From contig NC_134027.1 in the NCBI RefSeq assembly GCF_964204645.1, positions 12,370,485 to 12,434,484 of the forward strand: 64,000 bases of DNA, given 5' to 3'. This DNA is from Tubulanus polymorphus (taxonomy: Eukaryota > Animalia > Nemertea). A program made the translations under genes and the position numbers. This document shows, piece after piece, positions 36,201-51,200 of this stretch (positions within the stretch are counted from its first letter, which is position 1; every line of letters begins with the position of its first letter). Under the pieces are notes generated by a model. That model made no database searches. It was not told the DNA's origin and saw nothing but the letters and a program-made list of their open reading frames with translations.

Positions 36201-39200
36201 TAAAAGACAAAGTTGAAGAAAGGAAAATACATGAAAAGAAAGGAGCAACCCTGGTATAGTTTTTTGTGTCCATATTAGTCAGCTAACATAAACAGAATTA
36301 CCCATCAAATAAATAACAGGGACGAATCCTATTTTAAGATGAAAAAAAAAACAACTATTATTTGTCAACCATTTTAGAAATATAGGCAGCTGTTATATAG
36401 GAATGAATGATTCACTTTTCACCTAAAACTTCTCCCACAATCTGAACGGATGTGAAGTAAGAAATAAAGGCGTTTGACAGCAGCTCAATAGAAAAATTAT
36501 TCATGTCATTGGTCGCGAATGATCCATGAAAAGTGAAACATGAAAATGAGCTCCTATATAACAGCTGCTTTATTTACTCTTGTAATGTTCCGGAAGTTCA
36601 ACATTTTGGTCTTCGGTTCAACTACTAAAGTAGTCATTGAAACATTTTATTTTTGTAGCTGAAGGACCTGAAGAGGCAGCTGCACAGTGAGAGAAAACGT
36701 GCTGAAAAATTACAGGAAAGATTACAAGAAGTGTTAGCCGATCCAAATAAACGCCAGTGTAAGTTCTATATGATGTGGGCATTATTATTACATATCAGTA
36801 ATATTTCCTTATGTAAACTAGTTATATTGGTCATATTGTAAGCCCACTTGGGGCATAGACCCTGTGGTTGTTATCTACCTTAGACTCATCTGCAGCCAAA
36901 AAATTGGCCGGATCAGAATCAAGATGGCTAACTGGTAGCCATTAATGTTTACCAAAATCAACCTTTTTGTATATTTTTGATGTTTTCAAGGGAAATATGC
37001 TTCGAATACACAGTTGAATAAGCTTTGTTATTATTTCGATGTTTGATATGTATAGAGTCTATGTATATGCCCTAGGGTCTGTCATCACAAGACAAGTTGG
37101 GTCGATTGGACACAAAGTGTGGCCTTTCTTTTTGGTCTGTTTTCGGAAGCCTGTAGCATCTTTATGGTTTGGTATATCTGATTGAAATCTAAGATGTACT
37201 TTGGGAAGTGCTCTTTAAAGTATCATACAGGTCTTTCGATCAATTAATTGGTATGCAATTGACGGTCATCTGTTTTTTAGGAAAAATTAACGGGTATTAG
37301 GGGCCTATAGTAATAAGTAACAGTAAATAAACTTAAAGTTTTGACATAGTCGATATTTGTGAGTACTGTCATAGGACATCTCACATGAAATTGGAATTAC
37401 CATTTTTTGCTCTCCCCTGTTAAATACTTAATTATACACAATTTGTACACAAGTCTTATTGGCTCACTTTTTAAGTTTTCAATGGAAGGGAAATTTTGAA
37501 GACCCTTTGATCTACCGTATTTTCCAGCCAATAAGCCGATTTTCTAGCTTCAGATTTCTACCCCAATATATATCATGATTTGCTTATTAGATAAGTGTGT
37601 TATTTTGTCATTAGGAGGGGATAGGGATTGGAATTCATATGTATGGTTTCATCTGTCAGCTCTCTCTTAGTTGCTTGGAAGTGCTGAGAGAATATGTGCA
37701 AAATTTCTATAAATTTTCTCAATTCTTCTAATCGATGCTTGACCTTGTCTCTTGATAATAGCATCACTGGGAAAGCCTTTCAGCATCCAAGTTCAATGTT
37801 AGATCCTGAAGGGCTTTCCCAGTAGCGTCATTATCAAGAAAAGAACATAGTATAAAAAATTCTGCCATGTACCAGTGAGTCGTGGGGAAAACCCGTGTAT
37901 ATCATCAAAGTTGAACATGTATAGGTACTACATAGTGCACCAAGATTTCATCTTTTTACCTATTGCAAATCTCAGAACTATTCGATTCTTGTGCTCAAAA
38001 CTTAGCCGTACTCAGTTAATCCTACTGGACCTATGGTCCTTTATTTTTCTTCATATTCAATTGCAAATATGAAACCTCTTGCCACCATTGTTTGATGAAA
38101 CAAAGTTCCTCATAACAAAATATTTCTGTAAATGCTCATGTAATTCTTTTGATCTCTTGACCTACTGCTGAAATTTGAATGCTTTTTTTTTCAGCTATGG
38201 ACGATTTGTTCCGGGCTTCGGTCGAATCTGACCGATATAAAGGTGACAATAGGTGAGTTGTTGAGCGTAAAAAATTCTGCATGGTGGGTAATCTTTGGGT
38301 AGAGATCCCAGACTCAGGTGCGAAATATGGGCTGTTTTCATCCCTGATATTTCCACATCTGTAATATTGGACTTGTTAAGAAAAACCTAGCACAGAACAC
38401 TTTAAAATCCCCTCTTCAGGCACTTGTAGTGTCTAGACTGGCCTACTGCAACAGTTTGCTCGCGGGTTCATCTTTTGTGATCTTTTGTACAGCTTACAAA
38501 AACTCCAGAATCGCGCTGCGCGTCTAGAGTACCAAAGTATGAGCATATATCGCCGGGCCTGATTGATGCCAAATCAGTCAAATTTGTCATGTTCCTAATT
38601 AGAGATTTGTCCCGTGCTAAAATTTGGTTCGGGGCCTGGTCCAACGTTTTTCGTGGGCCTAATTAGGCTTAGGCCAAATAGCCACAAGCCCATTTGGCCC
38701 CCGTGTGAACAGTCGTTATGGGCCAAACACACTTGTGTGATCTCAGCATTAGTCTCATCAGTCCTTGTTCAGAGATGGGGAGTGTTTTTAGGGAAATATC
38801 ATGAGGTTTTTAAAGTATAGGCTTGATATTTAGCTCTGGAGGAGCTATTAGTATCGTCAAAAATACGCAAAGAGGTCTTTATGTATTTTTGTATCATTTC
38901 ATGTATGTCTACTGTGAAACATATCAATTTTACAATCATTGAAAGATTCAGTCAATGAGGTTAAAAATAATGCAATGATTAGTTGTTGTTATTTTCAATT
39001 CAAGATTATTTATCAATATGTTGGGTTGAATGGTGATAATACTTGCTCAAAATATTTTGAAAAAATTGTTCAGATAAAAGTTTATTAACAATTCATTCAG
39101 ATTCATCAAGTCAATTGATAATTGATATTTAAATGTTCTATGATTGTTGTGAGTTTCAAGGTCACTGGTTTCAGTATGTGTTCACCAGGGGGCTTTGAAT

Positions 39201-42200
39201 AGCGGAATATTTCCATATATTAATACCTAGGCATATTCTGTTACCACAATCAATTGCATGATTGTAGCTCATAACATTTGCCATGATTGTGGTGAGTTTC
39301 AATGTCATTGGTTTCAGAATATGTTCACTGGGGAGGGGCATTGAATATTGAAATTGTCACATAGTTGAGCATTTCACACCACTTCTCAAGTAGGCATTGT
39401 GCCCCTGGACCCCTTGTATTTTTACTGTGATTATGTAATCAGGACCTTGAGAGAACAGGACCTTTGGTCCTCTAGTTATGAATTATTTGCACCCTCATAA
39501 GATAAATCTCCTCACTTGGAATTATGTTATTTTTCTCCCCACAACAGGGAGTTGAAAATTTGGTTGTAATAAATTTTTCATTTCAAGAAGTATATTTTTC
39601 TAAAAGAATCAATTGCAAAGTTGAATCCCATGACATTATCTGTGACGCTCAATTATGTTGATGCTTAACGTCATTGATTATCTGTGTCGATTGACCAGCC
39701 GGCATTGAATATTGTGACATTTCTTAGCATATCAGAAATATTGATCATGCCCACATGCCCAGCATGGTGTCCTTGGATGCCTATTTGATGATTGAATGAT
39801 CATGTAAGGTTTTGTCCCTTTAAGGCCTTTGAGTCTAGTTTCTATTCAATTTTGACTTAATGTTTCAGTTCTATTTCATCATGGAGTGCCAGTGGATTCA
39901 GCCGAGATCTTACACCTAATACAAGTATCAACTCACCGGTAAGTGTACCACAAAATATGTTGTTTAACTTGATACTGCTGCCCCTTTTGGAACTTAACTT
40001 ATTGGTTAGATCACTTGGACCAAAGGAATGCCCTACTGTGGCAGTCAAGGATTCCACCAGGATGTGATCATTTAAACATTGACAATATAAATCAATCTTT
40101 TTGGTAGCTTGAATGATGAATTTGTATCAAGAAGACATTGATTGAAAATGAATTTGTTTCGACAAAATTGACTCTTTATCTATAAGCAAAGTAGTTCATG
40201 TGCTTCCTCAAGTCAATTGTCCTGCTGATCTTTATAAAATTTTTCAAAATCAATTGATTCTCTTGTGTTGACAAAGACATATTCTTAAAATCTGAAATCT
40301 CATGTGAATGATGCATTTACTTCTCATGTATAGACTAAATGATTACTAATAAATGATGCTTTGTATTGTAGTCATCGCCAAATGATGCAGAAATGACATC
40401 ACCCGGTCAGTTAGAACAGGAAAATAATGACTTGATTTCCCGAGTAAGTGAATTACAACAGGAGAAGTGGAACTTTGAAGAACGTGTTGCCCATCTGGAG
40501 GCAAGTACGGCAGCGATGGCCGAGGATTTGTTACAGAAAACTGCAGTCATTGAGCACTATGTAATGGAAAGTAGAATTGGTAAGTCTCTCAACTAAGGTT
40601 CTTAAACAATTGTGACTCGAGTTCATTTGTCATTAATGCCTGGTGCAGACCGGCAACTTTTTCAAGCAACTCTCGAGCAACATATGAGTCAAAGAGAAAA
40701 AAAATCTCATCTGGGCTAACAGGAGAGAGAAATTGCTTGTTAACAAATTGATTTGCCCCAACTCGCCTAATATCGTACATGTTTGAAATTGGGCAGTGGG
40801 AAATCACTTGCATTCATCATTGAGAAATTGCTCATAGATCAATCTGAGTTGCTGTGTGTGGTTGCTGGAGACATCAAGTGACAAGTATTTCATCGACTAG
40901 CCAATGAGTGGGCGGATAATTATCATGTGATACTCATTATGGCGACTTCTGTGGAAGTGGCTTGGCCCTTAGAAAATGAGGATTTCTCATTGAAATGTGG
41001 GCCAAATGGCTGTGTCTTGTTTGATACGTCGTCTCCAGATCATTCTGCGCAGCCGGAAATTTGGAGTTCTTAGTGAACCGGCATTACACTTGACAATGTC
41101 CGACATGTAGCTGCCTGGATTCGTTATCCAAAGTGCTGCAGCATATTTCTACTGTTCAATGGTCGCAATTGGACAAATCACATAATACAAATGTTTCCCC
41201 TTGAAAATTGCTTCTCATCTCCTGTCATAGCAATCCTCTGAGTGGTCAAATTCTCAGAACAGCTTGCAGTTGTCGATTGAGCTAAGCTTATGTAATTCAT
41301 GTGCTACCTTGAAAAAAGTTTAAGTTTTTAAGTTATTTGTGTGCAGCAATTAATTTCAAATTCCTATATTCCTATTTTATTTTTGCTGTGTGTTTTTCCT
41401 CAAGATGTTTCATTACTCACATTACAAAATTATAGCAAATTTTCGAAAAATTCAAGCTACCGTTTGTCAAACATGCTTTCCATTTGACGTATTGATCGGT
41501 AATTTCATTAAAAATCAGTTGTTCTGTTTATATGCATCAGTTCATTCAGTAAGGATTTTGCATTCAGAAATAAATCATGAATTCACAAAAACTTGTTTTT
41601 GTTTTCATCTATAAGCGATTACCGTATTTATCGAGAATCGATTGCTTAATGCTGAAACACAGCTTCGGTGGCACGTAATGTGGCTCCGCCTACAGTGTTG
41701 TGTTATGCTAATGAATAGTTGATGACATCATAGCAATGTCTTGGAGCGTCTGCGGAGCGTTTTTTTTTTAGCATTACGCGAGTGTATGCCGAGTATACTA
41801 TTGCTGATAAATGAAAACAAAAGAAACTGTAGGAAAAATTGTTTTTTTCTGAAAGCAAAATCCTTACTGAACATATCGATCCTTAATAAAGGTAGATCAA
41901 CTGGTTATTACAGAATGAAATTAAAGGTTTCGCATGGAGAGCAATTTTTCCCAAAGATAGAAAAAAAGTACATTCACTTTGCGATTGGTGTCTGAAGGGC
42001 ACTAGAGTTTATTCATTGCTGGGCAAAAAATTTCCCTAAAATTTCGTGTTATCCATTTTACATTTCACTGGATCCCTTCTTCATGTCAAATTTTCATGAA
42101 AGGGTTCTTTTAGATAGAACGAAATAGTTTTTCTGACGTATATTAAATCGGCCAGAATGGCATTTAGCAGTTGGGTGTGTTGAAATGAAATACTGTACAG

Positions 42201-45200
42201 CCAACTTACACCCCACATTGGATGGTTTTCTGATGATAGATACGAAATGTGATTACAGTCGAGAATTGGATTCTGTAGATGCCATTGCATGCTCTCGACT
42301 CAGGAATCAAGAATCAGGGGAAAGGGTTTGATTTAAAATTAAATCTAAGGCTAAATTTATCATTCTGAAAACATTTACTCCACTTCATTATACAACTAGT
42401 AAACTGTATGGGGTTTGAGAAACATGCACCCTTTGATATCTTACACTTTTATTCTGCGCGCTTCTCTCTACTGTTTTTCTGTCAAGTCTGAAAAGCCTTT
42501 CTTATTATGGTTTGATGTTTGTAATTGTTTTACAGTCGATGTTGTGGCCTGTGATCATCCCAAAAGTAAGTGTTTCACGGTGAAACGCTGGCAACAGACA
42601 ACAAATAATATGTAACAAATAATTTAGATTAACGAATACAATTCGAGTTGTTCAAATGGAATAAAGGCAGACTATTTAGCAACAATACTTAGCATACGAT
42701 TAAATATTGCCAACAATTGCCATTAAGCCTCATAAAATCCACTGAAGGACTGCAGATGTTTGTAACTTACATCTTTCAAATGAATGAGGAAAGTTGTCAA
42801 AATCGTTTAAGGGTGCTTATCAATAAGTACACCTGTTGTTCGTAGCTTGCATACAACCATTAACTGCATTTAAATTGGTATATATTGCTTGTTGTCTGTA
42901 GTGTGCGTACACTTTCATCGCAGTCCTCAATCATCTGGACCGACGATATTGTGTATGTAGCATGATAATTTATAGCCTTACTTGAAGAAAATCATCGGAT
43001 TTGTAAAACCCATGTAATCGAACATTTCATCCATAAACAATTCCTGGAATGTAACTATCAAACTTCCATGCCAGGGATTTTTTAAATCTTTGCCTTGTTT
43101 GGAGTTGATATGAGTAATTGCTCCTGATTTTAAAGCCTCAATCATATCAGATAAGTGTTGTGTGCGCGTGCTGAATTTGAACTATAAGTTTTTAACAACT
43201 ATGTTAATAAGAAATTCAATCACTGATTCCCGTTGGTAGTAAATTCACGCAAATCTGTTCAGGCTCAAGAAAAAGGGTCCTATAGATAATCCTAACAACG
43301 GGACACATCTATTCTGATTTTATCACCAAATGAACAGATGATCTATCTGCACTTGCATGATACCAATAATGATGGCATAAAATGTCATCCGTAAGCATCA
43401 GGTCCATATGATTATGGTTTTAGCTAGAGTACTGTCATGAGTGATACATGTAATACCGTCACATATATAATATAGTGCTAATACAATATACCATAAACCG
43501 ACATAAACCATATCTCGTGCCATAAAAGCTGAATATATGGGGCTTACGCGCTTAGAGATGATATCTTTCAAGCCTCTTAAAGCCTGACTAACACTTTTTT
43601 GTACTATCGTATCCTTTGCTACTGGATTGATAGCATAGTATCTTATGTACGCAATTACAACTCAAATGACATTTACTAGATATTCGATGTCGAAATATTT
43701 GTCTGCTGGGAATGATTGTTTGCTATGTCCGAGCTTCCCGTATAGAGCGGTGAATATATCCAGTACATCGTACATATATGCTATTGAGATTAATCATTCG
43801 AAACCTGAGTAGAAACAACAATTGATTGAAATCGGCTTAAAATTTTTTGCGCAAAAGATCATTAATGGTTGATAATGGAGAAATTATCATCTGAATTTGT
43901 TGTTTAAACGATTGTCTTAATCCTTGGTAAGCTTTGCGAGATTAGTTCCATCTGGAATACATACATTTCATTAAAAGTCAACAGGAATGAAAGGGGAATA
44001 AATTGTTTTCGATTGTTGTCGCCGGGTTTTTCTTATTTTTTTTGGATAGATTTTGAATAATAGGTTGATTTAATAATCTGCACGAATATAGTTTCAATGC
44101 CTGCGATGATGACAAGCTCTTCGGGTATTATGTGGCGTGTATTACAGAAATCCAATTTGAATCCGTGGTATTGAAGCAGGTGCTTAACAGTAATAACCGC
44201 TTCTGTCGTGTGTCAATATAAAACCAATAACTTACTAAAAATAGACTTCGCTCTCTCTTATCCGAATAAGTGCGTCCTTCTCAGTGTGTATTAACTCTGA
44301 TGGGTTGTATTTTGCAAATCAGTGTGAGTCTATTCAGTTGTTGCAGCAGGCTCGTATTTAGGGGGGTCTAAACAAAGGCAGATGAAGGTCTGTCCTGATA
44401 CCGACGTAAAAAATTCACACATTGTTGGCACAATTTGTTCGTTCTGAAATGTATGCTTCTGCGCTGAACTTCGATTCTGGGCCAAATTGCATGGCCAATA
44501 ATTTCTGCGGACCCGGAAATTTGATGAACCGTAAGAATTTCATCCGTGTTCACCCTCAATATATCCCAAGCAGTCAGATTGCTTCTTTTGCATCTTATTT
44601 CCTAAAATTCTGTGGGGCAGTTCCCAGGACCCCCGACTTAAATTACCTGCTTTTCGCTTGTGAACTTTATAAAAGTTGTGTTTTCACGAAAATTGAACCC
44701 CCGAAGACAGGGTTCACTATGGGCGCGAGTGGATTTTCCAAGATTTACACTATGCTTTATTTCACTTCGTAAATGCATCATAGAAAGCCCTAGTCCCCTA
44801 CCCCTAAAAATTCTAATTGAATTCCTGATAACATTTCATTTTGATCATCATTCTGATTGAAAAACGAATCAATTTTCTTGAATAAAGGTGTGTTTTTCTA
44901 TTTATATTGTTAAATAGCTACGCCTGGTATACTGTTTTTAGATATTGATTATCACCTTTGCAATCAACAAGAATCGTAAATCAATTTAATCAATGAAATA
45001 TGTTATCTAGAGCTATAGGTGTGTCTATGCTAGCGTTGTCAAGCACCGGTACTCCCTCTGCTATATTTACTGATATGAGGCTTTTACTTGAATTAACCCT
45101 AAAGATGCAAACAGCCACAGATGGTGTTTTGCCAACCACGGAGGCTAAAGGCTGGCTTATGTCGACAAGCAAAGCGACGCCTACAGACTCCCACCGACGC

Positions 45201-48200
45201 AACTGAGAGCAACTGCGATCGCAGCCTAGCTTATGTCGACTGCGCCCCGATTCGCAGTAACTGAGGCCGACTAGCGGGATACGAGATCCTCCTTGTTGCT
45301 TCCATGCTTATGTCGGTTACGATTACTGGCAAATGCAACGGCTCAAATGGTCACGTGATAAGCACTTCGAGAATAAATTTGAATTATTTTGAATTATTGG
45401 GAAATATATTTCTATTAGAAAAGCTATTTCTTTAGGATCTTTATCTTTCTGATACTGTTTTGATTACAATGTGCTAGCGACATTATATAAAGATGGTCGC
45501 TTACACCATAGTTCTACTAATTTCATTTCTAGATCTTCGGTCCGGTCATCTGCCATGCTGAAGGTTTGTTTTACGTCTTGAACTACTTGAATTTGAAAGT
45601 TTATGACTAATTACGAATGACGCTAACTAGCGGTCATAATTTGTACTATGTATATGCGGTCTCTTATTGGCTGGAACCCCTGCGATCAGTTCCGTCGCGT
45701 CGCAGATGAGCTTATGTCGGTTGATCGAAAGCAACTGTCCGCCTACCGTAAGCCGGAGTAGAACATGGGCAACTGGCCGGATACGGCTTGCGACAAGTCG
45801 GTAGGCTTCGGGTTGCCGTCACAAGCCGGCTCATGTCGAACCGATAGAGCAGCAACTGGCGGCCTCTCTTAGGCTGCTAGTTGCCGCTTATCGGCGATAA
45901 ACCTAGTTGCGTTGCGTTGCTTGTCGACATAAGCCAGCCTTAAGATGATCTAGTACCAATCCATAATCATTGGTGAGCCCTCAACATAGCTCTCCTATTT
46001 GATTGAAGCAAATTATTTCAAGACTTTTTTGTTATAAGTAAGGGAGAATTTCAAAAGTCAACATTTTCTCAAAGCAAATAATCTTCAGATGAGAAGGAGG
46101 GTTAAAGTCATGTAGACGGATTTCAAAATTGGGTGTGTTGAATAAATTACATCAATATTCTTTAGGCCTATGTCTGTCCTTTCAGTTCGTATATTATTGT
46201 TATTAATAAATGATTAGCATATGTTGCGTGCATAGATCTTCAACTTTAAGGCATTTTAGCCCACTTAGGGCTTCACTTTTCAGCAAAACAAAGGATTTTC
46301 CAATGGGGTACCTGCTGTACAACTGAGGCAATTGTGGATTCCATGTATGGCAGGCGAGGATCCACCAGAAGTCGCTAGTAGATAGTTGGCCATCCATATT
46401 GATTTCATTTAAATTTAATCTGAATGAATTTTTCTCTTAAGCTGTGTTCACAGGACACAGCTTAAGACCAGTCTAAAATAGGTCCGGTCCAAATCCGAAT
46501 GTCTGTTCGCACACATTTTGCTGAATTGGCTATGGATTGTTATGACTGGGCCCGCAAGATGTTTCTGTTATATCTAATGTGAGATTTATGAGTCCCTGGC
46601 AGTCTTTTTGAAAAATTTTGATGATAGCAGTTTATCATATATCTGGACACATCAATCTATGATAGAATTTAGGTAATATTCCATACAATTAAAAAGGATA
46701 TATACTCAGTGAGCAATGCATGCTGAGATTTTAAATTAAAATATAGCTGCAAAGCAGCGATGACGGGTTTTCTGTAAAGCCATTCAGAATGATGGGAATT
46801 GTAGTAAATTGAAATATCGATACATAGAATAAAATGCATTGACAGATTCGAACCTAATATGCAACCACTGTGTAAACGTCAAATATGATTCAGCTTTGAA
46901 ACCGAACATACGTGGACGTACAATCACAAATATTAATATATTTGACCAGGCACTTATTTTGGCATTCAAACATCATGATACTGTATTATCACCATCCTTA
47001 AAAATGGATCTGTCCTATTAAGAACTGATCTTAAGCACCTGCTGAGCCGATAGATTGAGTGAATTCACAGATAAGAACGTATTATGATTTAGAATAGATT
47101 AGATTTAAGAAGTTAATGTTTTTATTGAAATATTTGAATAAATACATATATTGTAGTGTAGATTCAATCAATAAATTATGAATTTATTTGGTCTGGGTTT
47201 CCGGCTGATGTTGATTTTGGCTTTTATGGATTACAAATTCTACAGTGATAAACAATTGATACCTGCAACATGTGTGTAAATCAAACCTATTCCACTAGTT
47301 GCGTAAGTTTCCTAATAAACGGGAGAGTCACTCTTGATCTGAGTTATTAGAACTAGGGGTCCAGGGACACCATGCCCACTTGGGAAGTGGTTCCAAATGC
47401 TCAACAATCTAACAATTCAGGTATCAAAGGTATAAAACATCCCTTTTCAAAGAATACCCATCACAAATTGCAATGAGAAATGGCAAACTCAGAATTCGGG
47501 CCAAAATTGACATTTTTGGGCACTAAAAAAGGTCATAGGACGGCCATCTTGAGTCCGTATCCCAATTTTTGTTATGCTGATGGGCCCAGGGGCATTCACA
47601 TATATCGGAAAGATCAAGGTAATTGATCAAAGCATCTTCAAAATTTCCCTCAAAAAGTTCAAAAATGTGTAAAAAGTGTTGATTTTGGCGAACAACAATG
47701 GCTGCCAGTCGGCCATCTTGATTCTGACAGGGCCAGTTTTTGAGCTGAAGATGTGTCTAGGGTAGATACATGTGAAACCCAAATATCAAGACATTACATT
47801 GAAGCGTCTTCAAAACTTCCTAAAATAACTGATTTCCGTCTACGGACGGACGACGGACGAAAAGTGAACGCAATAGCCCGCTGGGACTAAAGTCCCAAGT
47901 GGGCTAAAAATAATGTTCATTTAGTCATAGAAATTCATTGCCTTTTTGGAGTTTCTGTAATAATATTTGTTCTGCCCTAATTTTTATTACTGTATGAACC
48001 AATGATATGCTTTGTAAATATGATGTAATAAAATAAATTTGAATTAAATTTGAACATGAGAATCAAGCATAACTTGTGTTTTTTCAACTTGTCTTACTTG
48101 TCTTTTGTTAACAGTTCCAGAGTTTCAATTACAATCAAATCCAAATTGGCTAAAAAGTACATAGGACTAAATGAAATGAACGGTTAGTTACTGCAAACCT

Positions 48201-51200
48201 ATTCCAGTGTTATGTCGATCGTGTTGAATCACTTTCCTTGAGTTGAAAGAATCAGATCTTCTATGGTACAACATCGGTCGAAGTGAGATATCTTGGTGTT
48301 GACTGTCCTTGACCATCTAACTTCATGCGTTTGACATTGGAATTTAGCATCATACCCATTTGAACTGCAAAATATTCATACAACATGAAAACCTACAGTA
48401 CATGTATACAGTATTAATCAAACTTTCACCGATGTTGGATATTTGAATGGACATTAGGTTTATTTCAGTACTCTAAAGCAGGAAATAATAAGCCCAATCA
48501 ATAGGCCCTATTCCCATTGGAACAATTATATAATGCGTACAGCTGTACCGTACACTTATCAGTCAAGAATGGAGAAATCGGTATACCAAACCTACGAACA
48601 GCAAAATGTACAGGCCTACAATGATTTCTGGTAATACAAGCCGTGACCACATGAACGTTTTGGTTTGACTATTAATGTCAGCAGGTCAGAGAAGGCCTGG
48701 CCAAACTTAATCACATGGCTCAAATCAATTAGCCTTTCTGCGTGTGAATATTTCACTGTATTGTTTTAAAAATAGGCCTATCGAGTGAATTAGTACATAG
48801 ACTGAATTAGACTTTAGGCTAGTCCTGACCAAATCCTATCCATATTATAATGGCACCAGTTATAGTAACATCACTGTAGGGCCGACGAGAGGGAAAAAGT
48901 TGTGTTTGTAGTACATAGGCATGGTAGGCTTGTCGTACTCACTTAATACTTAAAACGCTGTTGTTACCTGTACGTGACTGTACGGTGATTTCTACAGGTT
49001 AGCCATATGTGAGTACGTTGACGCTCAGACTTGCAATATTGGGATTCGAAACCAAACGAAAAAAAAATCCAGTAGTAGTCCAGTGATTTACCCACTGTAC
49101 CACAGAACGTAACTGGTGGGTGGATGAAATTTGATTTACAAATAGCCTAGCCTCACCTAACCCAAACTCTATTCTTTTACGCATGCGCGTTTGCAGATTA
49201 TAGGAACTCACGTACAGCGTTTTTAGGGAACTCACGTAAGGTTAACCTGTGGATATCACCGTACAGTCACGTACGCGTTACAGTTTCGTACTTAAAATGG
49301 TATTGGCTACTAGGAACTCACGTATGGCATTATAGACTTAGTAGGGACCTCACGTACGCGGTTAACCTGTGGAGATCACCGTACAGTCACGTGCGGTTAA
49401 CAACTACGTACTTAAAATGGTATTGGCTTCTATATAATAGGCCTATAGACAAATAAATACCGGTAGGCTTTCTTATAATCTTAGCTTCCACACTTCACAA
49501 CCGAACCAACTGACCAACCAGTATATTTAGTCCCAGTACGCACCAACCGGCACAGGCCTAACACTGTTTGTCAACTGTGTGTACCGTGTACCGTTGTAGG
49601 CTATCGATAATCACCTGATACTTTTCTGTCGTTTGTTTTCTCTCTGAGACAAAGACGAACGTAATTCTAGTAGCCTTCCGCGAATCAACGACCTTGATTT
49701 AAACTTGATCAATTCAAAGTCTGTTTATTGATGCTTTTGGTTACATGAACTGATCAGCAATATACTTAAATAAAATAACCGGAATAACAAGAAATCAAAA
49801 ATATTAAAGAGGTAACAAACAAATGCCCGTAAACCTGTCAGACACGCGAACGCCGGACTCGTAAACTCTTGGACTCGGACCCGCTGAGCAATAAATTCAT
49901 AAAATTGACTTTGAAATTGATTGTGGAGAAGAGAGGGAATTATTCGATAGCTCTTCCTCGAAAAGAAGAGAGAAATATCGGTAAGAAAACACAACATGGC
50001 TACTAATTGAATGGAGCCAAATTTCCGATGTTTACGGCTCGACAGTGCCTTTATGACGTGGATTTATCAAAATTCCCATGCAGTATCTGGAGATTGAAGT
50101 GAGCTGAAGGATATCATACGGATTGTATCGGCGACAGCGGTAAGGTAAGGAAGCCTTTACACTTTTAACAAAAACTATGTGGAAAAGGGAAAAAAAAAAT
50201 AATAATAATCACGCGAATTTCAATAGGGTTTTCTGTGAAGAAACAGAAAACCCTAATAATAATCCCTCAGCATAAACATTAACTTTTAGGCAATACAGAA
50301 ATCATATGAAATATAAAAACTATATTAATCAGCTTGACAACGAATTGGTGACAAGTTTAATACAATTGAATTCATACCGCAAGAGTACGATTTAGACTTG
50401 ACCTGGTACCAGTTTCTGTCCACACGCACAGATTTAGTCCATTCCAAAATTTGAACCGGACCCAAATTTGACAGGTCTAAAATGGACCGGACCAATTTGG
50501 AATGTAATTTTTCCTTGTGTGAACACTTGGTCTGGTATAGATTGGACCGGACCAATTTTAGATCAGTCTGAATTACATTGCGTGAAGGCTTATAATGAAT
50601 CCATTATTTATGATAACTATACCGATGTCCGAGTAGAAGAATGAAAGTATTGTATATTTGGTGGGTGCTGTGATAATGTATGGATTCGGGAGTCTAAAAA
50701 TCCAGTTCGAAGTTCATTCAGGATGAAATCATTTTGACAACTGAGGACCTACTGCTCATCACGCCATTTGGTGGGATAGCTGGTTATGTGGATTGACTCC
50801 CCATTGATTCCATTACGGTTTGTAGTTTATTTTTTGCGATGTTCTACTATCTAGTTTATTCAATTTATACATCTGCTTTACTAATCAATTAATTATACTT
50901 CAATGAATGTGACGAAAAATTTGAGTTTTTTCTTTCATTTTCATGAATGTGATGTATGCGGGTATAATTGCCTTCAAGAATTTACCCCTTACAAATATTC
51001 AAGCCCTCCACAAGAACTCCCATGATTCCTCAAAATCATGAGTGCTCATTTTCAACCTGCTCATGAAGAGCTCTAATCACATGTAAAGAGTTCAATGATT
51101 GCTTGTGAAGAACTCTGATTTTTGATGGAGAACTAACAGATTTTTACTGTTATGGCGATGCCTTACAAATACACTAGGAATTCAATATTGTTTGTTCCTT

